Below, piece by piece: positions 11,869 through 23,559 of a DNA stretch of 64,000 nt. Under the pieces are notes generated by a model, which was given only the letters and a program-made list of their open reading frames with translations, made no database searches and had not been told where the DNA came from. The stretch is from Vicugna vicugna. Taxonomy: Eukaryota. The position numbers and the translations under genes were made by a program. Every line of letters starts with the position of its first letter. The stretch's first letter is position 1. The stretch is from assembly GCA_013265495.1 (NCBI GenBank), contig MU058198.1, forward strand, positions 2,678,419-2,742,418. The letters run 5' to 3'.

Positions 11869-14104
11869 TTTTATTCCATCCCAGCCACCTCTGGATGATG
11901 GGAGAGATTCTGCCCTGCAGCCTGTTGAGGTTTTTAGGTGCCAAAGTCTCAACTTCATCCCTTGAGAGCCACATTTAACGGAGTGAGTTGGCAGAGCCAA
12001 CTTGGGCTGGTGCTGACTGAATGCCACTTTGAAGAAGCAACTGCTGAATTCCTTCCAATTGGTGTCTCCAGTCCCAGACAGGGTGTACACAGCACGCTCT
12101 CCTCCAGACTGTGTCTCAGAGATGGGTCATACCAGGAGGGCTGCTTGTCACACTTGCTCCCAGCTGCTCCATGCCTGGTCTCCCCAGAACCCAACCAGTG
12201 ACCATGCTGAATAAGGAAAGATGGACAGGAGTATTGGCACCACCCCTCCCACTCCCTTCACTATCTGTTAAGTATTCCCTGGGATCCAGACACAGAATTT
12301 TATTTGTTTTTCTGGACTTAAGCTGCCCCTTGACACAGCCAGTGATTGCTTTTTTAAAACCATGAAGGGAAACTAGGCCCTTTCATCTACTGATAAGGTG
12401 CCAGGTGACAGAGAGATCAGCATCCCAACACATAAATCTGCAACTAATCCTTGGGAATCAATATTTTTCATTAAGAACCGGTGAGAGTTGGGCCATTATG
12501 GGGAAAATCTGTTTAGGTTGACACCTTGATGAAGTTATTCAGTTCAGGGGCTTAAGTCATTGAAAGGTAATAAAGAGCACAGAGCAATCTTGGGGCTGGT
12601 TAGGGGAGAAAACGATGGGAGTATTGAGCTTCAGTTCAGTGAAAAATGACCTGCTGATTTATTGGGGAATGATGGGGTGCTGGCCTCCCGAGCACACCAG
12701 GCCAGACACAATCAACATGGCAACACCTCACTCCCACTGCCTCTCACTCATCCGCAGTCACTGCTATTTATAATCTATCTGGCAGTAAGAAAGCAGTGGG
12801 GAAATATTTAGGGTCTTGGGATATTTCCAACATTTTCTGTGTCCCCACCTTCATAACACTCTTTCACATTTTGGACTTTCTCCTATAGGTCACGGGACAT
12901 AAGGGCACTGAAGTAGTCTAAACAGTCATTAGTCTGCTTGACCCACATCTTGCTTGCCTGTCTTCGGGTTTCCCATCCCTGGTTCCCTGTGCTGGGAGGC
13001 TTCAACATTTGGGCAACTCATTTGCACCTTGCAGTTGATCTCTCTTAGTTACGCAAACCTTCCCCTTGGCTCCACATTCTCCCCCTTCCACTCTCGGCTC
13101 TGCATGCCACCTTAGTTTCTATTCAGGGGCAGCTCCATGACCTTGGACCCATTATGGACCTCACACCAACTGGACCATCTCTGGTTTTGCCCACATGGGA
13201 GATGGGCAGAGAGAGATGAGACACAGAGGTTGAGGGATACAGATATCAAGAAGTTTGTTGGTAGAATGGTAGAAGCTTTAAGCAATTCTTAAAGCTGCTG
13301 GCTGCAATATTCTAGAAGGAAGACATATGGTCTTAGGAACTGGCTTTGAAGATGTGGAAGAGGCTGCTGAAAAGGGACACTTTAAAGGATACCCTGGCAG
13401 GATGAGAGCCCTGCAGAAGGTAGAGGGTTTGCATGAGTCTAACCAGTCCACACCATGGTGTGATTTCCTCCACCCATGCTCAGCCTGCCCTGGGGTGGGA
13501 AGGAGAAGGCACGGCTGTGGGGAGACTCATTCATAACCATTCTTGTGTTATTCAGCTACGTGGTACCATTATTTACTTGTTGTCTTTCTACCTGATTAGT
13601 ATGTTGGGGACATCAGAACCCACATCTTATTCATTCTCACATCCCCAGAGTCAGACACAGAGTCTGGTACCTGGGAAGGTGTTTACTGCACCTGAGGGTC
13701 TGATGACTATTTCCTTTCAGCTCTAAACCCTGATGGTTTTAATCTTTGTCCAGTGGATCTCAACCTTTTAAATTCTGGGTACTCCTTTCATGATTCATCT
13801 TCCATGCCGCCTTTGCTCCCCAATCCTCACTTAAAAGATTTAGTCTTTTAAAACCGTCTATTTATTAATAGCCATTAATCAATTCATTTAGCCGTTTAAA
13901 AATTAGGCATTCAATAAACCAATAAATCATAACATGAAATAGCAATAATGTAAAAAAAGAAAAACCTCAGCATTTACCTCTTTACTCAACCGGTCGATGT
14001 TTTTTGTCAGCCTATTGTAGTGTTATTGAAGCTAAATGTCCAAGTTGCATTGGGGATTTGTGATCCTTAGGAAATAGCTTGTGGGTTCCCCTCCCTCGTC
14101 CTCC

Positions 14105-14290
14105 AGGTGGCAGCATGGAGCAGTGGTTAAGCCCATGGATTTTGGAGTCAGGATTTTCTGGGCTCAAATCCCGGCAGTTTACTGGCTGTGTGACCTTGGG
14201 CCAGTTACTTAACCTTAGTCTCCCCGTCTATAAAATTGGGACGGATAATGAATACCCATCTCACAGAGTTGTTATGAGGTCTTTTTTTTA
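14105..14290 (+). mobile_element. MIR SINE
   Basis: 'ggcagcatggagcagtggttaag...ggctgtgtgaccttgggccagttacttaacc'. Confidence 0.8.
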
Positions 14291-14479
14291 CAAAGAGCCT
14301 AGAATATAATTGCTGCTTCATAAAGTCTGGGTGATGGAAAAATCACCCAGATAGCTATGCGCTGACCATCCAGTGGCTACTCCATAGACAGCAAGAAGCC
14401 CCCAGCCATCTAACCCCTCTGCGGAGAGAAAAGGAGTCTTGCTTTATAGTTTGACTCCCCGTGATTTCCGAAGGCAGCA

Positions 14480-15190
14480 AGCAGCATTTCCGAGGGAAGA
14501 CGAGAGCCGGCCGGCTGCTCGCTGGTTCTGTGTGTATTGATTAGTGTGGCGGGGGTGAGAATGGAGGTACTGTTCTAGAAACACTCACTTTGATTCCTCA
14601 GATAAATCCCCACCGGGGTCCTGCTAGGAAACTAATTGGGAGTTGATTCTGATGAATAAATGTGCTGCCGCCACCCGAGGAACTGACCACGCCGGCAGAT
14701 GGCTGGAGCATGAGAAACACTGTCGCGGCCTTCTAAGGGGCGCGTCAATAATAGAGCCGCTCCAGCCCTCCGAGGGGGAAGCATTTCTGCTGCAGGTATG
14801 AATTATGGATGCCGTTTAGGGTAATGCGGATCCATCTCAAAGGTTCCGCTCAGTTTATGTGCTAGTAAAAGCCGGCAATTTGCTTGTGTTCCAGCTACAA
14901 TTTGCTCTACATTAAGGGACCCTCCTTTCCATAATGGATGTGCGGTTGAGCGCAGGCGCAGTCGGGCCTCGCGGCCAGGGCCCCACCCGGCCAGACGCCG
15001 AGCACAGCCAGGTGTGGTCGTGCGCAGCCAATCGCGGCGCCCGAGACCCGGCGCTGAGCCGGCAGATGGAGGCCCTAGCTCCTTCCCGAGGTCCAGCGAA
15101 GATGCTGCGCTTAAACCCAAAGCCCTTCTGCGAGTCGCCTGTCAGATGCAGTGGATGCTTGCACTGAGAGAAGGAGAAAAGAAAACGTAT
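14480..15190. promoter_or_regulatory. CpG-island-like promoter candidate (NRF1, CCAAT, RFX-like and two CTCF-like motifs)
   Basis: About 18 CpGs in 14941-15061 in an otherwise CpG-depleted window; GCGCAGGCGCA 14950-14960; AGCCAATCG 15026-15034; CTGCTAGGAAAC 14621-14632; GCCGGCAGATGG at 14691 and 15058; no repeat recognised. Confidence 0.65.
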
Positions 15191-15221
15191 GGACTGATAA
15201 TCTAGACAGAAAGACACCCAG

Positions 15222-15377
15222 TTTTTTTTTTTTCCTTTTTTCTTTCCGTGGATGGAGGATTAGGTTATGTATTTATGTATGTATGTATGTATTTTTTAAT
15301 GGAGGCACTGGGGATTGAACCCAGTACCTCGTGCATGCTAACCACAGGCTCTACCACTGAGCTATACCCACTATCCC
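15222..15377 (-). mobile_element. Camelid tRNA-Ala-derived SINE (Vic-1 type)
   Basis: Reverse complement gives 'gggtatagctcagtggtagag...tagcatgcacgaggtactgggttcaatccccagtgcctcca' with A and B boxes and an A-rich tail; TSD aaagacaccca(g/c) 15210-15221 / 15378-15389. Confidence 0.9.
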
Positions 15378-15399
15378 AAAGACACCCACTTTTGCAAAA

Positions 15400-16070
15400 G
15401 GAGCAGCAGGTGAGATGGTGAGAAGCCCAAATTCTGAAGCCACATTGCCGGGTTTGAATTCTGGCCTTGCCTTTTCCAAGCTGTGCGGCTCTTCGCCAAA
15501 TTACCCAGACTTTCTGTGCCTCTTCCCCCAGAATAAGTGTCGTAGTGCTGACCAGATACACGGTGAAGCCAGAGCCAGCTCATAAAAGGCAACTGTTTAA
15601 TTAACAGGGATGTCGTAAGCTGGTTGTGAAAAACGGCCAGTATTAAAAATCAAATTTTATAAACTTGTAGTTAAATAAATTATATTCAAACCAGAGTAAT
15701 AAGTACCCCAAACTCATCAATTCCTAATCATTTTGCTGTTACTCTGCTCTTGAGGCTACTTCTGTGTGTCGCATCCGTTTGGTGGCAGTGATAGGACGAT
15801 GTGCTACGGGGCATCTCTTCCCAGCTTGAGGTCCATGACATCATACTGGTATCCTGAAACTGGCCGTGGGGGTGGAGTGGGGGGATATTTATACCAGGGA
15901 CACGGACAAACGTTCCCCCTGGGAGCCAGCTGTTAAACTTTTCAGAGCACACCATTAGTATTGACCTAATAAAGTTGTTTGGAGGATTGAATAGTGAATA
16001 CGTTGATGACTGCTTTGAACAGGGACTGGCGCATAGTAAGCACAGTATAAACATTTGCTATTATTTTTTC
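15400..16070 (+). mobile_element. MIR split by a MER63-like element
   Basis: MIR 5' part 'gggtttgaattctggccttgcc...ctttctgtgcctc' and 3' part 'ggaggattgaatagtgaata...tggcgcatagtaagcacagtataaacatttgctattatt'. Confidence 0.6.
15558..15957 (+). mobile_element. MER63-like hAT-Blackjack DNA transposon
   Basis: 'tattaaaaatcaaattttataaactt...aaataaattatattcaaa', 'gcatctcttcccagct' and terminal 'gcacaccatt'. Confidence 0.75.
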
Positions 16071-16289
16071 ATAGATTTTTACAAGCATAGATCAGATGGT
16101 ATAGGAGCGCAGCCCTCTGAGGACGCTCAAGCTTTTCTTCCTTTCCAGATCCCGTGATACACAGCAGCCTAAGGAAAGGCTTATTAACTCTCCCCTAGGG
16201 GCGATGATCAACTCAAGTTTTGGAGAAAAATTAGGTTTAGGTTTGCAAGCTTGCCTTAGCTCTTCAAGCACTTTTCTTGAGTGTGGCCA

Positions 16290-16700
16290 GAGATTCTAGC
16301 AGGCTGACTCTGGTGAGGGGTGGATTTCCAGTTCTGCTACCTGCTAATCTGAGGATGTTATCTCCCCTGTTTAACTCTTTGCTTGCTCAGCTGTAAAAAG
16401 AGGGTAATAACAGCTGCCTTGTGGATTCGGTTGTAAAGGTGCTATGAGAGCCAGGATAGTCTCTGGAATCTGACTGCCTGGGTTCACATCTCACCTTGAG
16501 CACTGGCTGGCTCCAATCTCACGGGGGGGAAAAAAAAACCCTTAATTTTAATTAGCTTTAGTTTTGTTATCTGCAAAACGGGGATAACAATACTTCCATT
16601 TCTGGGTTGTTGTGAGAGGAAATGGAGTAATATATTAGATGATTTAGCACATTTACCTGTATAATAGGTGCTAAATAGATATTAACAATGACCATAGCTA
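16290..16700 (+). mobile_element. Two adjacent MIR fragments
   Basis: 'ctgtaaaaagagggtaataacag' and 'ctctggaatctgactgcctgggttcacatc...atctgcaaaacggggataacaata'. Confidence 0.65.
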
Positions 16701-17136
16701 CTCCCTGGAAACGATGCCTCTCACCACCCCTGATAATCTGGGGGGTTTAGGCCGATTCTGGATGGCGCTAGGGAAGACCCCTCCCCTTCTCTCTTGCATG
16801 TATTTTCTTCTTAAAACTGTATCTGCCCCTAGCTGATGACCTTCCCGCATGGTGACCCTCCCACCCTGAGGACGAGCCCTCTTGGATAGTGTCTAGCAAA
16901 GCAGCGTGCCCCTGCTCAAACCTCCAGATAAGCTCCCGGAGCTGGTGTGAGGATTAAATGAGTTAATATAGGTGCAGCAGAGCAACTTGTTAGGGATCTA
17001 ATATGCCAGAATAGCCTGTCCAAGAATGAACTGTGTCTTGTTTTCTTAGCTGAGGATTCATCAGAAAAGGATGGGAACTTCTTTTTTGTCTCTTGCCCGG
17101 GAGGATAAGTGGGTCTTTGTGTCCTTTAAGTTTATA

Positions 17137-17613
17137 TAGGCAGACCTCATTTTACTGCTTTTCAATTTATTGCACTTTGTGGATACTGCATTTTTTTTTT
17201 TTAACAAACTGAAGGTTTGTGGCAACCTTGCATTGAGCAAGGCTATCGGCGCCATTTTCCCAACAGCATTTGCTCACTTCGTGTCTCTATGTCACATTTT
17301 GGTCATTCTTGCAATATTTCAAATTTTTAAATCATTATTACGTTTGTCATGGTGATCTGTGATCAGTGACCACACCTCTTTGAAAGTTTAGGTGATGGTT
17401 TGCATTTTCAGCAATAAAGCATTTTAAAATAAGGTATGTACATTGTTTCTTTAGACAGAACGCTACTGCGCAGTTAATAGGCTTCAGTATGTTGTAAATC
17501 TAACTTTTACAGGCACTGGGAAACCGAAAACATTGTGTAACTCGCTTTATCGTGATGTCTGCTTTATTGTAGCGGTCTGGGACCGAACCCACGATATCTC
17601 CAACCTATGCCTG
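17137..17613 (+). mobile_element. Internally deleted Tigger1 derivative (TcMar-Tigger)
   Basis: Both Tigger1 ends are present (taggcagacctc...tgaaggtttgtggcaacc ; ...gaacccacgatatctccaacctatgcctg), joined at ~17370 without transposase; TA target at 17135-17136. Confidence 0.88.
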
Positions 17614-18149
17614 TGCTCGCTGGGAGGGAAGAGTTAGCAGATCTTTCCTTAGGCTGTCAGATCTCAGTTGTCTGGGAAGGCAATGTGGGTCCTCAGAGAG
17701 CTTTGCTCCCAAGCAGTTCCTGGAGGCTGTCTCTGAAGAGCAGGCACTCTGGGCAGGGCCTGAGAGTCACAGGGAGGCCAGTGCCCTCCTCCCCTGGGAA
17801 GCAGTGCAGATGGGACCACGGGATGCTCAGTGGGAGGCCAACCCCTGATGTGCCTTCAGGCTTTCCAGGACCCTAGAAAGAGGAGGGGCTGGAAAAGTAA
17901 TGGAGGGGAGGGCCTAATCATGACTGCTACCTCAACTTCCTGATAATCCTGTATTCTTAGAGGGTGCAGTGGGGTTTGAACTGAATTATATTTGGTCTAG
18001 ATAAATAACGAAACAGAATATTACTTTCACCTTTCAACCTGAGAGCAAATACGTATTTGTGATTTCTGTAAAGTGCTTGGCTCATAACCAAGGCTCAGTA
18101 AATGCTCCCTCTGATCTCCTGTGTATATTTTGTCACATTTAATCTGAGC

Positions 18150-18395
18150 CCCACAGCAGTTCAGAGGTTGAGACCTAGGGCTCTTGAGCTGGGGAGACCT
18201 AAGTTCAAATCCTCGATCCACCACTTACCCGGCAATATGAACCTTGGGTAAATTACTTAAACTCCATGCACCTTGATCACATCATCTGTAGATTGGGCAT
18301 TAAAACAGTGCTGTTTGGAAAATGAAATGACTCTTAGCCCAGTGCTTCACATATAATAAGTCCTAACTAAGTAAATGGTGGCTGTTTTTATTGTG
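18150..18395 (+). mobile_element. MIR SINE
   Basis: 'aagttcaaatcctcgatccaccacttac...ccttgggtaaattacttaaactc'. Confidence 0.7.
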
Positions 18396-19429
18396 TGCTC
18401 TATGGGTTAAGTAGGACAAAAGAAATTTCATCAAACAAAGGAAGAAATAGAGGCACAGAGAGGCCAAATGTCTTCTTTTGGGTCAGGAAGGACTCAGAAA
18501 CCCAGTGCTCATCTCAGGAGAGAGTGCTTTGCTCCCAGTACCCCTTAGAGCCAGGATTCCAACGACCTGAGTGTTCCATGTTCCCCAAAGCTTTCCAAAG
18601 CTATAAATATTTCTTTCTGAGATACGTGCTAGGTCAGGGCTTGTGTCTAAGTAGACCTCTTTGGTTGGCCTTGGCCTCTTTCCCGATTGCCCTGTTCCAT
18701 GAATCCATTGTTTCAGTTCACTCTGTGGTTTCTACTGGAATCTTCCAGAACCACTTTGAGCTTAAAGGGGAGAGGAAGGTGGAATGCCAAACTCCGGCAC
18801 AACACAGACAGTAAAAGGACCCAATCTAATTTGGCTGGACTTGCCAATGAATCTGATGGGGCTCTTGTCTTTAACATTTAAGTGATAGGTGTACTTACTC
18901 CTTTAGTTATTTTTAGAGCCAGTTTTCTGGTTATCAAATCATTATGTGGCAATTATGGCAAATTTGGAAGTCAAAGATCCTACACTTCAAAAAAAAATTT
19001 TTTTTGAAAGTAAGCAGTCTAGTAAAAAATCCAATTCCCCAAATCCACATCGGATTTTTAAAGCAATTCATACCTTATAGAATGTATAGCTTTTCCAATT
19101 AACTAATCAGTTAATCAATTAACCAGAAAATCTTTATCAGGTGCCTTTTTTGTGTTCTAAGGCTAGTCCTTGGACTGTGGTGAGACAAGGAAATGAAGAA
19201 CTCTGGGCTAATAAGCTTGTTCGGTCCCAGAGGGGACTACTGATGCTGTAATTAGTGATCAAGGGTTTGGTCCTTAGGGGTGGCAGGAGTTGAGACAGAC
19301 AATGTGGTATAAAAAGGGAGACAGATGAGCCCTCAATGGGACAGGAAAGCTTGTTGGAAAAAAAAAAGCTTGTTGGAAAAGCTTGGGGAACTGTCCTGTT
19401 TCTTAGGCAAGTGAAGGAAAGATGACTCC

Positions 19430-19615
19430 ATTCATCTATCTAATTCTCACAACATCTTATGAGGTGGGTCCTATTATGATCCCCAATTTTACTGATGGGA
19501 AACTGAAGCAGAGAGAGGTCAGCAACTTGCTCAAAGTTGCATAGCAAATAAGTGGCAGAACTGAGATATGAACCAAGGGAGACTGGCCCGCTTTCTTACC
19601 CCCTACCCTATATGT
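19430..19615 (-). mobile_element. MIR SINE
   Basis: 'ttctcacaacatcttatgaggtggg...ttttactgatgggaaactgaagcagagagagg'. Confidence 0.8.
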
Positions 19616-19911
19616 ATGCCTTATAATTTGTTGTTGTGTGTTTTTGGGGTAAGGATGAAATGAGATAACCTGGGGTACATGGAAGATGTCAGTAAGTGCT
19701 GCTTAAGTTTCCACAAGCTTTGCAAAACTCTGGAAGGAATACTTTTTCCAACACACTGATTATTTGCTTTTCTCTCAGCTTCCATCCCCAGTCCAGCTCA
19801 AATCCAGGGCTGACCCCAATTAAAAGAGGCTCTTTCCGCAGAGAGAACAAGCTCCAATCCCAAAAGAACTCTGACTCTCAAGGCTAGAAGACAATGCCAA
19901 GGTCCACTAGG

Positions 19912-20078
19912 CCCTTGCCACTCAAAGTGTGGTCCTTGGACCAGTAGCACCAGTATCATCTGGAAGCTTGTTAGACACGCATAATCTCAGGCTCCCCGAG
20001 ACCTACTGAATCAGAATTTGTATTTTAACAAGACCCCAGGTGATTTATGTGCACATTTAAAAGTGTAGGAATAACAGT
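19912..20078 (+). mobile_element. MER5A-like hAT-Charlie MITE
   Basis: 'ctcaaagtgtggtcc...ggaagcttgttagac...agacctactgaatcagaa...ttttaacaagaccccaggtgatt'. Confidence 0.85.
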
Positions 20079-20649
20079 CTTAAATCAATACTTTGTCTGC
20101 TTGATCTTTCCAGGAGGCTGCTCAGTTGATGGGGTGATGGGGGTTCACCAACACATCTCCTGACAGATGTGAGTTTTATACTGAGTACGCATTTATCTTC
20201 CCGGAGCAGGAGATGCAATGTTAAAGGTCTTCAGTGGGCCAGGTGGGAAACTGGGGTGTGTGAGCTCTGTCTGAAGGGGGCTGCTGCCACCGCACTCCAG
20301 CCAGTTGTTGTTACATGGGAATGAAAGCCTTCTGATATTTTAATAAAATTTGGATATATAGACGTTTATCTGAAATCTCTAATCTATTTAAACAAATTTT
20401 ATCATGTAACAAATTAACAATGAATTCAAACCTAAAATAACTTGGAGGACCAAACAGGCAGATGTGCTGGCCATACTCCCCATGGGATGTCACTCGTGAC
20501 CTCCAACCTAAAAACGACTTCCAAACAGTCCAGATTCTTGAAGAAATCAAATACGCGTTATACATGATGATCTTTTGAACGTTGGTAAATTTTTTGCAAA
20601 GCACACAGGACTTCCGATGATTTAGTTGTCCCTAATGCCAGCCACACAA

Positions 20650-20966
20650 GTATTTATTTGCTGTTTCATCTTCTGAACTTGGCACATATCTGTTCTCTTT
20701 GTGTAAAACTATTCCTTCTTTACCTTGTCCATCTGACTAACTTAAATCATCCTTCAAGACCCAAATCCAGCTTCACCTCCTCTAAGAAGGTTTTCTGGTT
20801 CCCCCCAATAAGAGCTGGCTGCTTGTCCACCTGCCCCCATGCCTGGACCATGTTCTGCTGAGTCACTTGCTCACGTGCTTGCTTCCCCTATAAGAGCTCA
20901 GAAGCTGAGTCTCATGTAGTTCTGTATTCCCAGCCTCCACGAAGCGTCAGGCACAGAGTAGATGCT
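20650..20966 (+). mobile_element. L2 3' end, terminus interrupted by an MLT1F-like LTR
   Basis: 'atccttcaagacccaaatccagcttcacctcctc...tctgtattcccagc...ggcacagagtagatgct'. Confidence 0.65.
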
Positions 20967-21530
20967 TGTCCTCGTTACCTATTACAGCATGATAACTTAC
21001 GCCAAAACTTCACAGCTTATAACAATGAAAATTTATTATCTCTCAGTTTCTGAGGGTCAGGAATCTGGGCATGGCTTTGCTGTGTGCCTCTGGCTCAAGG
21101 TCTCTCGTGAGGTTGTGGTTAGAGGATGGGCTGGGGCTGTGGTCTCACGTGAAGGCTCGACGGGGAAGAATCTCCTTCTAAGCTCCCTTACATGGTTGCT
21201 GGCAGGACTCAGTTATATGTAGGCTTGTGGAACTGGGGGTCTCAGTTCTCCGCTGGCTGTTGGCCAGAGGACTTCCTCAGTTCTTTACCACATGGATCTC
21301 TTACAGACAGCTCACAGCATGGCAGAGTGAGTGAGTGAGAGAGCACTCCAGACAGAAGACAGCCTCGTTGTAACCTAATCCCAGAAGCGACCTCTCCTCA
21401 CCTCTGCTGCATTCTGTTTGCTAGAAGTCAGCCACTGAATACAGCCCACTTTCAAGGGGAAGGAATCATACAAGGTGAGACTACCAGGAGGCAGGGCTTT
21501 TTGGGGCCATCTTAGAGGATGTCTGCAATG
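20967..21530 (-). mobile_element. MLT1F-like MaLR solo LTR
   Basis: 5-bp TSD ATGCT (20962-20966 / 21531-21535); 'tttattatctctcagtttctgagggtcaggaatctgggcatggc', 'ggggccatcttagagg'. Confidence 0.85.
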
Positions 21531-22359
21531 ATGCTCAAGTTGGCAATACATGCTGTGGTTACTTGCTCAGCCTCAGACTCAGATTATCCAGGTTCAAATC
21601 CCAGTTCTGCCACTTACTCTGAGCAAGTTTAATGAGAGGGAATGGGCATCCAAAGCTTTCTGATCCATAGACGTTTTATGGGGACTGTCCTTAACACAGC
21701 ACCTTCCTGGCTCTAAAAATGTTAGTTATAATTAGCATTGTTATTTAGAGCTGATTGTTAAATGTATCAGAGGTACATAGGTAAGGGAGTGAACATAAGA
21801 GAAATAGAATAAACAACACAGACATGGAAGAAAAATGGCTGGGGAGATGCCCACGCCTCTGAATCGCTCCCTCTGATTCAAGTTACTCATTTCTAGACCT
21901 TCTTCATTCCTATCAGTTAGCTTGATCTTTGCCCTAGTCTGACCCCCACTTCCACAACTCTGCTTCATCCTCCAGGTCTAGTGGGATCTCCCTACTTTGC
22001 ACAGATCCTGTCCCTTTCCCACACCAGAGTGTTTTAACCCTTGCCATTCCTCAAACCAGAATGCTCCCAACAATTCATTGGTTCCACTCCTACCCCACTG
22101 TTCAGTGGGGAGTGTTGCGGGGAAGACTGGCCTGACTGTGTGGATTGTTTGGGTCTACTACAAGCTCATCTCAGCCTGCTTCAGTTGGCTCCTCGCTGCT
22201 CCCTGGTCATCTTTTTTTCTTTTTCTTTTTTTTTTAAAGTATGGGCAGTGGTCTACTTAAATACACATAGCAGTTGTTTCTACTTTTACTCCTGCTTCCT
22301 GACTTTTCTCAGCAGATGATCTCACCTGTTTCTTTGAAATAACAATACCCCAAAGTAAT

Positions 22360-22545
22360 TGACCACTTATGCTAGGTTAGGTGCCATTAAAGCCCCTAAA
22401 ATCAATTGTTGCAATTTTCACAATAACTCCTATGAAGCTGGTACTAGCATTATCCCTCTTTTACATATAATGAAAGTTAAGCACAGGGAGTTGCGATTTG
22501 AAACCATGTTAGTCTGACCCCCAAGTTTAAGCTCTTAGTCACTTT
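22360..22545 (-). mobile_element. MIR fragment
   Basis: 'ttcacaataactcctatgaagctggtact...agtctgacccccaag'. Confidence 0.55.
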
Positions 22546-22626
22546 TATTAAAAAGTAGTTTAGATTATTGAGTCTACCTTCTCCTTATCTCTGCGTAACC
22601 AGCAGACTGCAAGATGATTCCTTCCA

Positions 22627-23390
22627 TGTGGAGAAGAGGGAACACTCCTACATTGTTGGTGGGAATGTAATTTGGTGCAGCTATCATGGAAAACAGCATG
22701 GAGAGTCCTTAAAAAACTAAAAACAGAGTTACCACATGATCGAGCAATCCCACTCCTGGGCATATATCTGGAGGAAACTCTAATTTGAAAAGATACATGC
22801 ACCCCAATGTTTATAACAACACTATTTACAAGAGCCAAGACATGGAAACAACCTAAATGTCCATCGACAGATGACTGGATAAAGAATATGTAGGTATATA
22901 TATGTACATTGGAATACTACTCGGCCATTAAAAAAGAATAGAATAATGCCATTTGCAGCAACATGGAGGGACCTGGAGACTGTCATTCTGAGTGAAGTAA
23001 GCCAGAATGAGAAAGAAAAATACCATATGATATCACTTATATGTGGAATCTAAAAAAAATTAAAAAGCCACAAATGAACTTACCTACAAAACAGAAAGAG
23101 ACTCACAGACATAGAGAACAAAGTCATGGTTACCAGGGGGGAAGGGGGTGGGAAGGGATGAAGTGAGAGTTTGAGTTTTGCAGATACTAACTACTATTTA
23201 TAAAATAGATAAACAGCAAGTGTCTACTATATAGCACAGGGAACTCTATTCAATACCTTGTAGTAACCTATAATGAAAAAAATACGAAAAGGGATATATG
23301 TTTGTATATGTATGACTAAAACATTATGCTGTACACCAGAAATTGACACACTGGAAACTGACTATAATTCAATTAAACAAACAGAAAAAG
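22627..23390 (+). mobile_element. 5'-truncated artiodactyl/camelid-type L1 (ORF2 end plus 3' UTR)
   Basis: 'gtggagaagagggaacactcctacattgttggtgggaatgtaa', 'gcaatcccactcctgggcatatat', A-rich tail; imperfect TSD gatgattcct / gatgcttcct. Confidence 0.9.
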
Positions 23391-23559
23391 AACGATGCTT
23401 CCTCTCAACCCCAGCACTTCATTGAGCTTGTTTTCCTCAAAGACCTGGAGGCGGCGTTGCTGACTGCTCCTCCTACGTGACCCTTCTTTGGCATTCCAGA
23501 CTGCTGGCCATGTAATCCTTTTTGGAATTCTTCCCTGGCTTATGTGCTCTGCATACTCC

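Noticed and set aside
14803..15217. Several overlapping ORFs on both strands in the CpG island
   Set aside because: High GC content suppresses stop codons; none resembles a protein I recognise.
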